Origin: an uncultured Hyphomicrobiales bacterium | Lineage (GTDB): Bacteria; Bacteroidota; Ignavibacteria; Kapaibacteriales; UBA2268 | Assembly (NCBI GenBank): GCA_964454975.1 | Contig: CAYVVD010000016.1 | Location: 5,704 to 69,703, forward strand | DNA length: 64,000 nt | Direction: 5' to 3' | Shown: positions 29,032 to 39,391 of the stretch, one piece after another | How positions within the stretch are numbered: the stretch's first letter is position 1 | How the letters are laid out: the number at the start of each line of letters is the position of its first letter | Notes under the pieces: model-generated | Database searches by the model: none | The model's input: only the letters and a program-made list of their open reading frames with translations | What the model was told of the DNA's origin: nothing | Translations under genes and position numbers: made by a program

Positions 29032-30834
29032 CTAATGCCTCACATACATGGCCTCGATGAATTCAGCATATTTTTTCTCGACAACGTGCCTCTTTATGCT
29101 CATTTTCGGACTTAATTCCCCATCTTCGACTGTAAATGGTTTTGAGAGAATGTGAAATTTCCGTACCCGCTCAAATTTTGAAAAGTTTTGCTGAAGGACG
29201 TCAATCTCCCGCTTAACCATATTTTTAACTGCTATATTCGTAATAATTTCATCTTCATTGTGGTGTTTTATACCGAGTTGTGCAGCAAGCACCACCATTG
29301 CTTCCATATTTGGAGTTATTAAGGCTGTTACGTAATCCCTTTTATCACCAAGAAGAATCACATGTTCAATGTATTTACTTTGGGCGAGTACATTTTCTAT
29401 GAGCTGTGGTGCAATGTTCTTGCCTCCGCTGCTTACAAATATGTATTTTTTCCTGTCGGTGATACGAATATTACCCCGCTCAGTCCAGGAGCCTACATCG
29501 CCTGTATAAAGCCATCCATCTTCATCGATCGCTGTTATTGTGGCATTTTCATCGTTCCAGTAACCTTTCATAACATTGTCACCACGTGCAAGAATTTCCC
29601 CGTCATCTGCAAGTTTTACTTCCACACCGGGCAAGGGTTTTCCAATTGTACCGATTTCATTGTCTTCAGGCCTGTTGGCTGCAACAACAGGTGAAGCCTC
29701 TGTAAGGCCATATCCCTGTATTGTATCAATTCCAATAGCTAAGTAAAATTCGCAGACATCCTCTGGTAATGCAGCCCCTCCGGAAACAATAACCCTCATC
29801 CTGCCGCCAAGCTTCTCTCTGATTTTAGTGTAAACCAGCCTATCTGCAATTGCCCATTGTGCTTTTAACAAAAGCGGATCTTTACCTGCTTGTTTCTTCC
29901 TTACTAATTTGATGCCGATGTTGATCGCCCAGTTGAAAATTGCCCTTTTTACCGGTTTGTCTTTTTCAACTTTGGAATAAATTCTCTTTTTTACAGTTTC
30001 CAACAATTTAGGAACAGTAGTCATGAGGGTTGGTTTAATTTCCAGTAAATCTGAAGCTATTGACTCGATTGATTCCGCAAGTCCTATTGTCGCGCCGACA
30101 GCAAATAAAGAATAGTAAGCAGTTGTTCTCTCATAAGAGTGGCATAGTGGAAGATATGAAAATACTATGTCTTCGTGGCTGAAAAGAATTACTTTGATAC
30201 AGCCTTTCATGTTAGTAACAACATTTTTGTGTGTTAACATCACACCCTTTGGTTCACCTGTAGTCCCGCTGGTATAGATAATAGTAAGCAAATCATCTTC
30301 AGTGACCTTTGCACACATTTCTTCAAAAATGCCTTTTTTACTCCTGTTTTTGAGAATCTTTTCACCGGAACTAATTAATCCATTTAGAGATTTTACAGAA
30401 AGGTCAGAGTCATCAAATTCATCATTAAATACAATGATGTGCCTTAATGATGGCAATCTTTCCTTAAACTCAAGTACTTTCCCAAGCTGAAAATTATTTG
30501 ATACAAATATTGCAGTTACCGAGCTGTCACTGAATATGAACTCTTCCTGTTTTGAAGTAAGTATAGGAAATACAGGTACATCAACTGCGCCTATAGATAC
30601 AGTTGCAAGGTCAGCAATTATCCATTCAATCCTGTTTTCGGAGGCAATTCCAAGCCGGTCCCCCTTGCGAATTCCCAAATCCAGCAATGCCAATGCAAGG
30701 CATTCGATCTTATATTTAAGGTCAGCATACGTAATACCGGCATAGCTCCCACCGGATTTAAACTGATATGCTGTTTTTTCAGGATAACTTGCTGCCACAT
30801 TAAGCAGCATTTCAGGTATTGTGTAAAAATTCAT
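29032..30834 (-). CDS. Long-chain fatty acid-CoA ligase (AMP-forming)
   Basis: YTSGTTGEPKGVMLTH, SGGAAL, QGYGLTE, WLYTGD, ITDRKK, GGKNIAPQ. Confidence 0.93.
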   Translation of the reverse strand: MNFYTIPEMLLNVAASYPEKTAYQFKSGGSYAGITYADLKYKIECLALALLDLGIRKGDRLGIASENRIEWIIADLATVSIGAVDVPVFPILTSKQEEFIFSDSSVTAIFVSNNFQLGKVLEFKERLPSLRHIIVFNDEFDDSDLSVKSLNGLISSGEKILKNRSKKGIFEEMCAKVTEDDLLTIIYTSGTTGEPKGVMLTHKNVVTNMKGCIKVILFSHEDIVFSYLPLCHSYERTTAYYSLFAVGATIGLAESIESIASDLLEIKPTLMTTVPKLLETVKKRIYSKVEKDKPVKRAIFNWAINIGIKLVRKKQAGKDPLLLKAQWAIADRLVYTKIREKLGGRMRVIVSGGAALPEDVCEFYLAIGIDTIQGYGLTEASPVVAANRPEDNEIGTIGKPLPGVEVKLADDGEILARGDNVMKGYWNDENATITAIDEDGWLYTGDVGSWTERGNIRITDRKKYIFVSSGGKNIAPQLIENVLAQSKYIEHVILLGDKRDYVTALITPNMEAMVVLAAQLGIKHHNEDEIITNIAVKNMVKREIDVLQQNFSKFERVRKFHILSKPFTVEDGELSPKMSIKRHVVEKKYAEFIEAMYVRH

Positions 30835-30967
30835 GTTTATAGATTTGGTTGTTTGCGAAACCTAAAATAATGAACAAGATTTAATATTTCGGATTAAATT
30901 TTAGTTTCTGTTAATATTATGTAAATTTTAACTTCTTGAATTGTAATTAGTTCTAGTTTATAAGGAA

Positions 30968-33538
30968 ATGAAAATGAAGCAGATTCTTATATTAATAATA
31001 GTAATATCTATTTCTTCAGAGGTTTTTTCAGCACACGGAGATACAACAAAAATACGTGCTATAGAGTTCGGGGAATCCCGCTCAAAATGGGTTAATATGC
31101 CGAATCCGACAGAATCATTTCAGCGAATTTTGATGAATTACAAACTCAGATGCCCTGACGGCAGGCAATGCGGGGAATGGGATTATCTTGCATACGTGTT
31201 TGTGGACCAATGGTTTGCTCCGAGTTTCCGTATTGACAGCACCGTAGTAAGAGAATTTCATTTAATGATTGATACTTCCTGGAATTTTTCTGCTGAAATT
31301 ATTGACGGGAAATTTGTAGAAACTAAAACACCAAAGAAGAAAGTTTTGCTTGAAATGTATGAAAACCACCTTGCACCTACTAAACGTACTTGGTTTACAT
31401 ATGAATGGCCGGCATATTATACATACGAGTATGATAGCGAAGCAAACAAAATTGATTCAACGATGGTGCCTCCAGATCATACCTTTTTTCTTGACAGCAC
31501 AAGAGTATATTTCAACGACGATGTAACATTTCGCAACCGGTGGGAGATAATGAGATACATTACCCCATACGGGAACCCAACAGCCGATGGCAATATCCTT
31601 AGCGACGGCGGTACATTCACATGGGTGTTTGATGTAAGTGACTTTTTACCAATACTCTCAGGCCCTGTTTATATATATGCTCCAAACGGCCAGGAAGACC
31701 TTGAACTGACATTTGATTTTATACAGGGTACACCGGAAAGGGATGTAATCAGGATTGAAAAATTATGGGATAAATCAGGCATTACTTACGATAGTCTAAT
31801 AGAAGAAAGGCACTTAACTCCATACGATATTAATTTTGCGGAAAATGAAAAAAGCGCAAAGCTTAAGATATATCAAACCGGCCACGGTTTCGGCGGGACT
31901 CCTGATAATTGTGCTGAATTTTGCAGGAAAGAAGCATACGTGAGAATTGACGGCGAGCAGCGATATAGCCGTTTTATATGGAAAGAATGTGGCGACAACC
32001 CTTTGTATCCGCAAGGCGGAACATGGCTTGTTGACAGGACAAACTGGTGCCCCGGCGATGTAGTCCCTTCACACGATTATGAACTGACTGATTATATAAC
32101 GCCGGGTGGGACTCACACAATTGACTATGACATGGAAAGATATACCGAAGTATGGACACCCGGTGGCCCGGGCTCAAACACAAGGCCAAATTGGGTTGTC
32201 AGGGGATTCCTTGTTACTTACGGTTTGAATAGTTTTACAAAAGATGCTGCAATAATTGATATTATAACTCCCACTGATAAAGATGAATACGACAGGTTCA
32301 ACCCGGTTTGCAGTAATCCCGTTATTAAAGTCCGGAACACGGGCAGCGCAGACATCACAAGTATTGATTTTGAATATGGGACAAATGGCAACTATTCACT
32401 TTCTCATACCTGGAATGGAAGCATCGTATTTACTGAAGAGCAATTAGTAGAATTACCATTCGAAATGATTGAAGCAGGTGATGAAAACACATTTAACGTT
32501 CGAATTAGTGGTGTAAACGGAGGAGCTGATGATTATACGGGCAACAACAATGCTTCAAGCAGATTCTTAAAAACACCGGACTATTTCAGCGATTTGGTTC
32601 TGGAAGTAAGAACCAACAACTGGGATATTTTCGGAGAGCTGTCTCCTTACTCATACTGGTTGGTAGATGCTGCCGGGAAAAGGGTGCATGAAAGGATGCA
32701 GACAGAAAACAACACAGTATATCTCGACACAGTTAATCTCGAAAACGGTTGTTATTCATTCCAGTTAATAAACGAACTTGGCTACGGTATGGGATATTGG
32801 GTGTTGAGGCAACAATATGGCCTGAACAATGGTTCTGCGCAATTTACTTCAAGAGGCAGGTTACTCCAAAGATTTAAAACAGATTTTGGTAATGGAATTT
32901 TCCACCAGTTTTCTGTAAGCCCCAAGCCGGAGATATCAACAGATCTTGAAGAGTTAGACTTTGGCGATGTCCCTCTGGGCGAAAAAAGAACGCAAACTGT
33001 TGAAATAACACCAGTTAATGAAAAGGGACTGATTATTAACAAATTGGAGGTTGTCCTGGGAAGTGCCAAAGGCTTTTTCATAGATGAAACAAATCCTCCT
33101 TATGAAGGCTCGCCTGTTGAACTGGCATATGGCGAAAAAATGACTGTTACAATCAGGTTCGAACCCGGCTCCGGCGGTAATAAAAGCTCGTCGCTGAATA
33201 TTAATTCGAATGATGACAGAACTCCGCAGAAAAAAGTTTTCCTTGTTGGCAAGGCAATTGACCCCTCCGGAGTCTCAATTGATGAATTATCTGAATTCGG
33301 CGTTCATCCAAATCCTGTAACAGGGATTGCAAAGGTTGAATTCAGGGATGAATTTGCACTCGAGAATGCAACGCTTTCTCTTCATAATATACTTGGGGAA
33401 ACTACAGCAATTATTTCCGACAATCCCGGGTTAACAGGCAGCTTTGAATACGACTTTTCAAGTTTCCCTGCAGGTGTCTATTTCGTTATCCTCTCTAATG
33501 GATTTGAATCGAAAGCGATAAAACTAATAATCAACTGA
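30968..33538 (+). CDS. Peptide-N-glycosidase F-like protein with Ig-like/ASH domains and T9SS CTD
   Basis: CGEWDY, EIMRYITPYG, TGHG, NCAEFC, R.NWCPG; LDFGDV...SNDD ASH-like domain; HPNP...AGVYFV...KLII CTD. Confidence 0.85.
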   Translation: MKMKQILILIIVISISSEVFSAHGDTTKIRAIEFGESRSKWVNMPNPTESFQRILMNYKLRCPDGRQCGEWDYLAYVFVDQWFAPSFRIDSTVVREFHLMIDTSWNFSAEIIDGKFVETKTPKKKVLLEMYENHLAPTKRTWFTYEWPAYYTYEYDSEANKIDSTMVPPDHTFFLDSTRVYFNDDVTFRNRWEIMRYITPYGNPTADGNILSDGGTFTWVFDVSDFLPILSGPVYIYAPNGQEDLELTFDFIQGTPERDVIRIEKLWDKSGITYDSLIEERHLTPYDINFAENEKSAKLKIYQTGHGFGGTPDNCAEFCRKEAYVRIDGEQRYSRFIWKECGDNPLYPQGGTWLVDRTNWCPGDVVPSHDYELTDYITPGGTHTIDYDMERYTEVWTPGGPGSNTRPNWVVRGFLVTYGLNSFTKDAAIIDIITPTDKDEYDRFNPVCSNPVIKVRNTGSADITSIDFEYGTNGNYSLSHTWNGSIVFTEEQLVELPFEMIEAGDENTFNVRISGVNGGADDYTGNNNASSRFLKTPDYFSDLVLEVRTNNWDIFGELSPYSYWLVDAAGKRVHERMQTENNTVYLDTVNLENGCYSFQLINELGYGMGYWVLRQQYGLNNGSAQFTSRGRLLQRFKTDFGNGIFHQFSVSPKPEISTDLEELDFGDVPLGEKRTQTVEITPVNEKGLIINKLEVVLGSAKGFFIDETNPPYEGSPVELAYGEKMTVTIRFEPGSGGNKSSSLNINSNDDRTPQKKVFLVGKAIDPSGVSIDELSEFGVHPNPVTGIAKVEFRDEFALENATLSLHNILGETTAIISDNPGLTGSFEYDFSSFPAGVYFVILSNGFESKAIKLIIN

Positions 33539-33539
33539 T

Positions 33540-34745
33540 TTATTTCATAACAGCATTAATCTCCCTCTCCATAGCGGCAATTGCATTGGATGGGGAGATT
33601 TCATCGTATAGCGTCTTTTCTACATTGCTTTCAATTATTTCTTCTATTTCCAGCCAGTAGGGTGACACCGGAGTCATTCTGGCTGATTCGAGCTGGCGTG
33701 CAAACAGCATTCTCTTTGGATGCGACTCATAAAATGAGTCGCGGTAATAATCCTTATCAGCCGGGAATCCCGCTTCGAATATTTGCCGGGTAAATATAAT
33801 TGCATTGGCTCCATCAGTCAGAAATCGAATCAGCTTATTAGCGAGATTCTTATTTTCAGAGTCTTTCGAAATTGCAAAATATTCGCCTCCTGCAAAGCTT
33901 ATACCCGGTTTATCACCCATTCCCGGGAATAAACCTATTTCAAAACTCAGATCAGGGTTTATGTTGTTGATTTTTTCAATTAACCATCCACCCGAAAACC
34001 AAATTCCAATCCTGCCTTTTGCAAACAGGTCATCTAACTGTCGCTGGGTATCTATCATACCTGCATCTGCAAGCTTTAAATAATGCTCAAGGGCTTTGAC
34101 ATTTTCATCTGAATTAATCACTAGCTTTCCACTCTCATCAAAAACATTCCCTCCATAAGTCCAAAACATGCTTAGGATTTTTTTGTAAAGCCTGTGCCTG
34201 TCAGAACCATTTGCACCAAAACCATAAACACCCTCAAGTGAATTTACTTTTTCTGCCACCACAAGTAACTCATCCAAATTCCGGGGAAGAGTATCAAAGC
34301 CGGCCTTTTTAAGCAAATAAAGGTTATAAAACACTGCCCTCGTATCAATAATCCAGGGCAAGGCAAATATCTTATTATTCCAGTAGCATGGCGATGTAGT
34401 AAATGGGACAAATTTATCCATGTTAACACTATCCAGTTCAAGCAACACACCTGATGATGAGAACTGTGCCACCCAGTCAGAACCAAGCTCAAGAACATCG
34501 GGCGCCGTACCGGAATTGAATGCGGCCATCAGTTTTTTCTTCCCGTCGTTCCAGCTTAACCGTGTAATTTCAACATCGCATTTATATTCATACTCAAAAA
34601 TTGAAATAAGGCTGTCCATTTTTGAACTTTGGTTGGGTTCACTCCAAAAATGCCAGAAGGTTAGTTTAGGTATTTCATTAATCGATTCTTCCCTGCACGA
34701 AAAAAGTAACAGGCTAAAAAGCATGATTAACAAATGCTTATTCAT
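33540..34745 (-). CDS. ABC-type sugar solute-binding lipoprotein (family 1)
   Basis: Lipobox LLFSC; LTFWHFW, APDVLELG, ALPW..D.R.VFYN, FAGGE. Confidence 0.88.
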   Translation of the reverse strand: MNKHLLIMLFSLLLFSCREESINEIPKLTFWHFWSEPNQSSKMDSLISIFEYEYKCDVEITRLSWNDGKKKLMAAFNSGTAPDVLELGSDWVAQFSSSGVLLELDSVNMDKFVPFTTSPCYWNNKIFALPWIIDTRAVFYNLYLLKKAGFDTLPRNLDELLVVAEKVNSLEGVYGFGANGSDRHRLYKKILSMFWTYGGNVFDESGKLVINSDENVKALEHYLKLADAGMIDTQRQLDDLFAKGRIGIWFSGGWLIEKINNINPDLSFEIGLFPGMGDKPGISFAGGEYFAISKDSENKNLANKLIRFLTDGANAIIFTRQIFEAGFPADKDYYRDSFYESHPKRMLFARQLESARMTPVSPYWLEIEEIIESNVEKTLYDEISPSNAIAAMEREINAVMK

Positions 34746-34856
34746 AATTTAATTCCCCCGGTGGACAGTTTCAATTTAATAATATTAGGTAATTTTTTTG
34801 AATATAGGTAATTTGTACCCTGTTTGATTCAAAAACCAATAAACTCAAACAGGCTT

Positions 34857-36497
34857 ATGAGCGACTCATCTACACCCGAGCTACCAACAAAGTATATCTT
34901 TATTACAGGCGGTGTCCTCTCTTCACTCGGTAAAGGCATAGCATCGGCATCTATTGCTCTTTTGCTGAAGCAGCGCGGATTTTCAGTAACTATTATGAAG
35001 CTGGATCCCTATATCAATGTTGACCCGGGGACCATGAATCCATTCCAGCACGGAGAAGTATTCGTTACAGACGATGGTGCGGAAACAGACCTCGACCTCG
35101 GCCATTATGAAAGGTTCCTTGGTGAATCTCTCTGTAAAGATAACAACACAACCGCAGGGCAGGTCTATTACGAAGTTATTATGAAAGAGCGCAAAGGGCA
35201 TTATCTTGGGAAAACAGTCCAGGTAATTCCTCATATCACCAACGAAATAAAGCGCCGGGTCAGAATATTCGAAGGAAGGTTTGATTTTGTAATAGTTGAA
35301 ATCGGTGGGACTGTTGGCGATATCGAATCTCTCCCATTTCTTGAGTCTCAAAGGCAACTTTGGTATGAGCTCGGGCCTAAAAATGTATTAAATATTCACC
35401 TTACTTATGTACCATTCATAAAAGCTTCGAATGAATTAAAAACCAAGCCAACCCAACATTCTGTTAAGGTGTTGATGGAGTTTGGTATCCGGCCTGATAT
35501 TTTACTATGCCGGACTGAATATAAGCTTGCAAAAGACATCCGTGCAAAAATAGCGCTGTTCTGCAATGTTGACGAAGAAAGTGTTTTTGAGGCAATGGAT
35601 GTTAATACTTCGATTTATGAAGTGCCTCTGCAGTTTGCTAAAAAGAACCTGACTGAAACCATACTCAAAAAAATGAGTGTAGTCCCCAAGGAGCTTGATG
35701 TAAGCACCTGGAGCAAGTTCGTTAATAAAATTAAGAATCCAAGGAATGAAGTTAATGTTGGCCTTGTAGGTAAATACACCAAATACGGCGATTCTTACAA
35801 AAGCATTCTTGAGGCATTTATTCATGCAGGATCTATTAACAATTCTCGTGTTAATGTCCATTTGGTGAATTCTGAAGAAATTACAAAAGAAAACGTGAAG
35901 GAGAAAGTTGGTTACCTCGACGGTGTCCTTGTCGGCCCCGGATTTGGTTCCAGAGGAATCGAGGGAAAAATCTCGGCTATTAAATACATCAGGGAACATA
36001 AAATCCCATTTTTTGGTATATGCCTTGGGCTCCAATGTGCTGTAATTGAATTTTCCAGGAATGTACTTAAACTAAAGGATGCAAATTCTGCTGAATTTGA
36101 TTCACGCTCGGTAAACAAAGTAATCGACATAATGGCAGATCAGCGAAACATAAAGGACAAAGGGGGGACAATGAGACTCGGTGCTTACCCCTGTAAGGTA
36201 AAAAAAGACACTAAGGCCTGGCAGGCTTATAAGAAATCAAATATCTTTGAGCGACACAGGCACCGCTATGAAGTGAATAATGATTACAGAGAAAAGCTTG
36301 AAAGCAAAGGATTTCTTTTAAGCGGTCTGTCCCCCGATGGTAATCTGGTGGAAATGGCTGAATTAAATGACCACCCCTGGTTCCTTGGCGTTCAGTTCCA
36401 TCCTGAACTGAAATCAAGAGCTGTTATTGGGCATCCTTTGTTTATTAGTTTCATAAAAGCTGTAATTAAATACCACAATGTAAAAAACGGCATTTAG
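34857..36497 (+). CDS. pyrG: CTP synthase
   Basis: KYIFITGGVLSSLGKG, DPYINVDPGTMNPFQHGE, KTKPTQHSV, GICLGLQ, QFHPE. Confidence 0.98.
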   Translation: MSDSSTPELPTKYIFITGGVLSSLGKGIASASIALLLKQRGFSVTIMKLDPYINVDPGTMNPFQHGEVFVTDDGAETDLDLGHYERFLGESLCKDNNTTAGQVYYEVIMKERKGHYLGKTVQVIPHITNEIKRRVRIFEGRFDFVIVEIGGTVGDIESLPFLESQRQLWYELGPKNVLNIHLTYVPFIKASNELKTKPTQHSVKVLMEFGIRPDILLCRTEYKLAKDIRAKIALFCNVDEESVFEAMDVNTSIYEVPLQFAKKNLTETILKKMSVVPKELDVSTWSKFVNKIKNPRNEVNVGLVGKYTKYGDSYKSILEAFIHAGSINNSRVNVHLVNSEEITKENVKEKVGYLDGVLVGPGFGSRGIEGKISAIKYIREHKIPFFGICLGLQCAVIEFSRNVLKLKDANSAEFDSRSVNKVIDIMADQRNIKDKGGTMRLGAYPCKVKKDTKAWQAYKKSNIFERHRHRYEVNNDYREKLESKGFLLSGLSPDGNLVEMAELNDHPWFLGVQFHPELKSRAVIGHPLFISFIKAVIKYHNVKNGI

Positions 36498-36521
36498 TTG
36501 TATATTAATTTGGGAGTTAAA

Positions 36522-36944
36522 ATGAAATTTCTTATTGCAATATTAATCAGCAGCACATTGTTTTTCTTGGGATGCGGCAGTTCTAAAGAAGCAGCAAAAG
36601 AAAAAATCATCAAACTACCTTCAGGTCTTCAATACGTTGTCTTGGAGGAAGGCACAGGATTGACTCCTGTTGAAGGTGATAAGGTTACCGTCCACTATAC
36701 GGGCAAGCTTGAGGATGGAACTGTCTTCGACAGTTCAGTCCTTAAGGACAAACCACTTGTTTTCGATTACAAGGTTACAAAAATGATAGACGGATTCGAA
36801 GAAGGCCTTGCCACAATGAAAGAAGGCGGAAAAAGGAAGCTCATCATTCCTCCGGACATGGGCTATGGCAGCAGGGGGTCCCGCAATATTCCTCCTAACT
36901 CTACTTTAATATTTGAAGTAGAATTGATTAAAGTAGAAAAATAG
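36522..36944 (+). CDS. FKBP-type peptidyl-prolyl cis-trans isomerase, lipoprotein
   Basis: Lipobox FLGC; SGLQY, VHYTGKLEDGTVFDSS, IPPDMGYG, IPPNSTLIFEVEL. Confidence 0.93.
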   Translation: MKFLIAILISSTLFFLGCGSSKEAAKEKIIKLPSGLQYVVLEEGTGLTPVEGDKVTVHYTGKLEDGTVFDSSVLKDKPLVFDYKVTKMIDGFEEGLATMKEGGKRKLIIPPDMGYGSRGSRNIPPNSTLIFEVELIKVEK

Positions 36945-36955
36945 AATGCCGTAAA

Positions 36956-38221
36956 ATGAATGTAGAGCAAATACTAATTTTTGAGCCGGAAAGGGTAGAT
37001 AATTTCTACCCTTTCAGCGTAATGCATCCTGCCTGGGAACTTCGGTGCGGGGCATTCAGGATGTTCGAGCGAGTGCAAAGGCAATTCCCGAATGCTGTTA
37101 CTTTCTACCACGGCAGAGAAAAGCATACAAAGTTATTTATTGAACGATTTAATATTCCGGGTCAGAAATTTGAGAAGAAAAACACATTAGTTATCCTTGG
37201 GATTTCCTTGATATCAAATCAGTCAATTCATTCTATAAATGAGAAATACTCTCACTTTATTAATGAAAACAATGCATCAAATTCGGTTGTATTTGTAAGC
37301 AATAAAATTGCTTTTGCTGCATTTATCCCTAAAAAAGAACTGATAAACACATCTGAGAATGATTTTGGATTTCTTACAAGGCTGCTTTCGGATTTTAATA
37401 GTGCAATCAATGTTATTGAAATTGATAATATTCGCTTCGTGGATTTCCTATGGGATGCTATAGAATACAACGCTGAATTTATAAAAAATGATGACGGGCT
37501 GTTGCCTGATTTTACAAATTTGAACGCTGATGATTATCCGGCAGCTAATTTCATCTCTCCGGAAAGAATTAAAACCGGAACCAATGTCAGTATTGCACCG
37601 GGAGTTGTTATTGATGCAACTGAAGGCCCGGTTTTGTTTGGCAATAATGTAAAGATAATGGCCAATGCTTTTATTGAAGGGCCTTGTTTTATTGGGGACA
37701 ATTCTGTAGTTAAAGTCGGCGCAAAGATTTACGGAAAAACTTCGATTGGGGAAGTATGCAAAGCTGGAGGTGAAATTGAAAATTCAATAATTCAATCTTA
37801 CAGCAACAAACAGCATGAAGGATTTCTTGGCCATTCATTTATTAGCGAATGGGTCAATATTGGCGCCGATACAAATACATCCGACCTTAAGAACACTTAT
37901 GGCGAGATAAAAGTCCGCCTCAGAGAACTGGAGCTAAATTCAGGGAGAATGTTCCTTGGTTTACTTTGCGGTGACCACACAAAGACCGCAATTAACACAC
38001 AGTTTAATACAGGCACGGTATGTGGTGTTTGCGGGATAATTGTTACGAACGGATTCCCACCAACATATATACCGTCATTCTCTTGGGGTGGACGCAAAGA
38101 TTCAATGAAATACAAGGTAAGCAAAGCAATTGAAGTAGCGGAAAAAGTAATGGCAAGGAGAGGAAAATTAATTACGGAAGCGGAAAAAGAATTACTCCTG
38201 GAAGAATTCGAACAGGTTTGA
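36956..38221 (+). CDS. Bacteroidota-type GlmU-like sugar nucleotidyltransferase/hexapeptide acyltransferase
   Basis: FYPFS..HP..ELRCG; left-handed beta-helix repeats; GGEIENS, SNKQHEGFLGHS, SDLKNTY, GDHTKTAINT. Confidence 0.85.
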   Translation: MNVEQILIFEPERVDNFYPFSVMHPAWELRCGAFRMFERVQRQFPNAVTFYHGREKHTKLFIERFNIPGQKFEKKNTLVILGISLISNQSIHSINEKYSHFINENNASNSVVFVSNKIAFAAFIPKKELINTSENDFGFLTRLLSDFNSAINVIEIDNIRFVDFLWDAIEYNAEFIKNDDGLLPDFTNLNADDYPAANFISPERIKTGTNVSIAPGVVIDATEGPVLFGNNVKIMANAFIEGPCFIGDNSVVKVGAKIYGKTSIGEVCKAGGEIENSIIQSYSNKQHEGFLGHSFISEWVNIGADTNTSDLKNTYGEIKVRLRELELNSGRMFLGLLCGDHTKTAINTQFNTGTVCGVCGIIVTNGFPPTYIPSFSWGGRKDSMKYKVSKAIEVAEKVMARRGKLITEAEKELLLEEFEQV

Positions 38222-38222
38222 A

Positions 38223-39374
38223 ATGAGGATTGCTTATCTATCTCTCTGGGATCATAAAAACATTAAGTCCTGGTCAGGTACTGTTCAATTTATTTTCAAA
38301 TACTTGGAAAAAGCTGGTCATGAAGTGATTCCGGCCGGGGAAATCGAAGGCCACTCTTTGTTTACCAGTAAATTAAAAAGCTTCTATTATAGGAAACTGT
38401 TAAATAAAGGCTTCCTTACTTATCATACTGAGTCATATTTAAAAAAAATCACTCCGGTTATTAACGATAGAATAAAAAGAATTCACCCCGATTTTATATT
38501 TTGCCCCGGTAGTATCCAGGCGGCTTTTATTGAAAAAATTGCTCCTATTGCTATTTATGCAGATATGACCTTAGATGGTGCACTTGGTTATTATCCTGAT
38601 TTTTCCAATCTTCCCAAATGGCATGAAAATGAAGCAAAGTTGATTGACAGGCAAGCCCTGAACAATGCTGATGTGTTAATCTTTGCATCTAAATGGGCTT
38701 ATGATAGCGCAATATCAAATCCACATATTAAATCCAAAAATATTTTTGAAGTCCCTTTTGGTGCAAATATTAATTCAGATTTTGAAGAGTCTGAAATTAA
38801 TGAGCTGATATCAAGAAGATTAAAGATGCCCCTTAGATTACTATTTGTCGGAGTAAATTGGGAATTAAAGGGCGGTGAATATTTGATTAAGGCTATGACA
38901 GAACTTGTGAAAAATGAAAGTAATATATATCTTGATATTGTTGGTTGTAGTCCTGAAATACCAAACCAAGTAAAATCAAATATCACTGTTCATGGCTTTC
39001 TTAATAAGTCAGTTCCGGAAGAAAGAGAGAAAATCCATAATCTGTATAAAGATTCTTCACTATTTGTATTGCCTTCCCTGGCTGAGGCATTCGGAATTGT
39101 TTTTGCAGAAGCCAATGCTTATGGGATGCCTATATTAGGAACAAATACAGGCGGGATACCATCAGTTATTAAGGATGGTATCAACGGTTTCTTATTAGAC
39201 TCTGAAGATTTGAAAAATGATATTGTTGAAAAAGTTCTCAAATTTTTAAGAAAAGATGTTGATTATGAAACTATGGCGCATAACAGTTTCAATGAGTATA
39301 AAACCAGGCTCAACTGGGATGTTTCAATTAGAAAAATCAGTAGCATATTGGGAAATTATATTAATCATTCTTAA
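38223..39374 (+). CDS. Glycosyltransferase family 4
   Basis: WSGT, LFVG..WELKGG, EAFGIVFAEA (ExxxxxxxE), GGIP. Confidence 0.9.
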   Translation: MRIAYLSLWDHKNIKSWSGTVQFIFKYLEKAGHEVIPAGEIEGHSLFTSKLKSFYYRKLLNKGFLTYHTESYLKKITPVINDRIKRIHPDFIFCPGSIQAAFIEKIAPIAIYADMTLDGALGYYPDFSNLPKWHENEAKLIDRQALNNADVLIFASKWAYDSAISNPHIKSKNIFEVPFGANINSDFEESEINELISRRLKMPLRLLFVGVNWELKGGEYLIKAMTELVKNESNIYLDIVGCSPEIPNQVKSNITVHGFLNKSVPEEREKIHNLYKDSSLFVLPSLAEAFGIVFAEANAYGMPILGTNTGGIPSVIKDGINGFLLDSEDLKNDIVEKVLKFLRKDVDYETMAHNSFNEYKTRLNWDVSIRKISSILGNYINHS

Positions 39375-39391
39375 GAAAACAAGATACTTCT

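Noticed and set aside
34983-36130. Long antisense ORFs within pyrG (and similar ones within the M16 peptidase, uvrB, purA and secD)
   Set aside because: Shadow ORFs opposite strongly conserved genes, with no motifs or expression signals.
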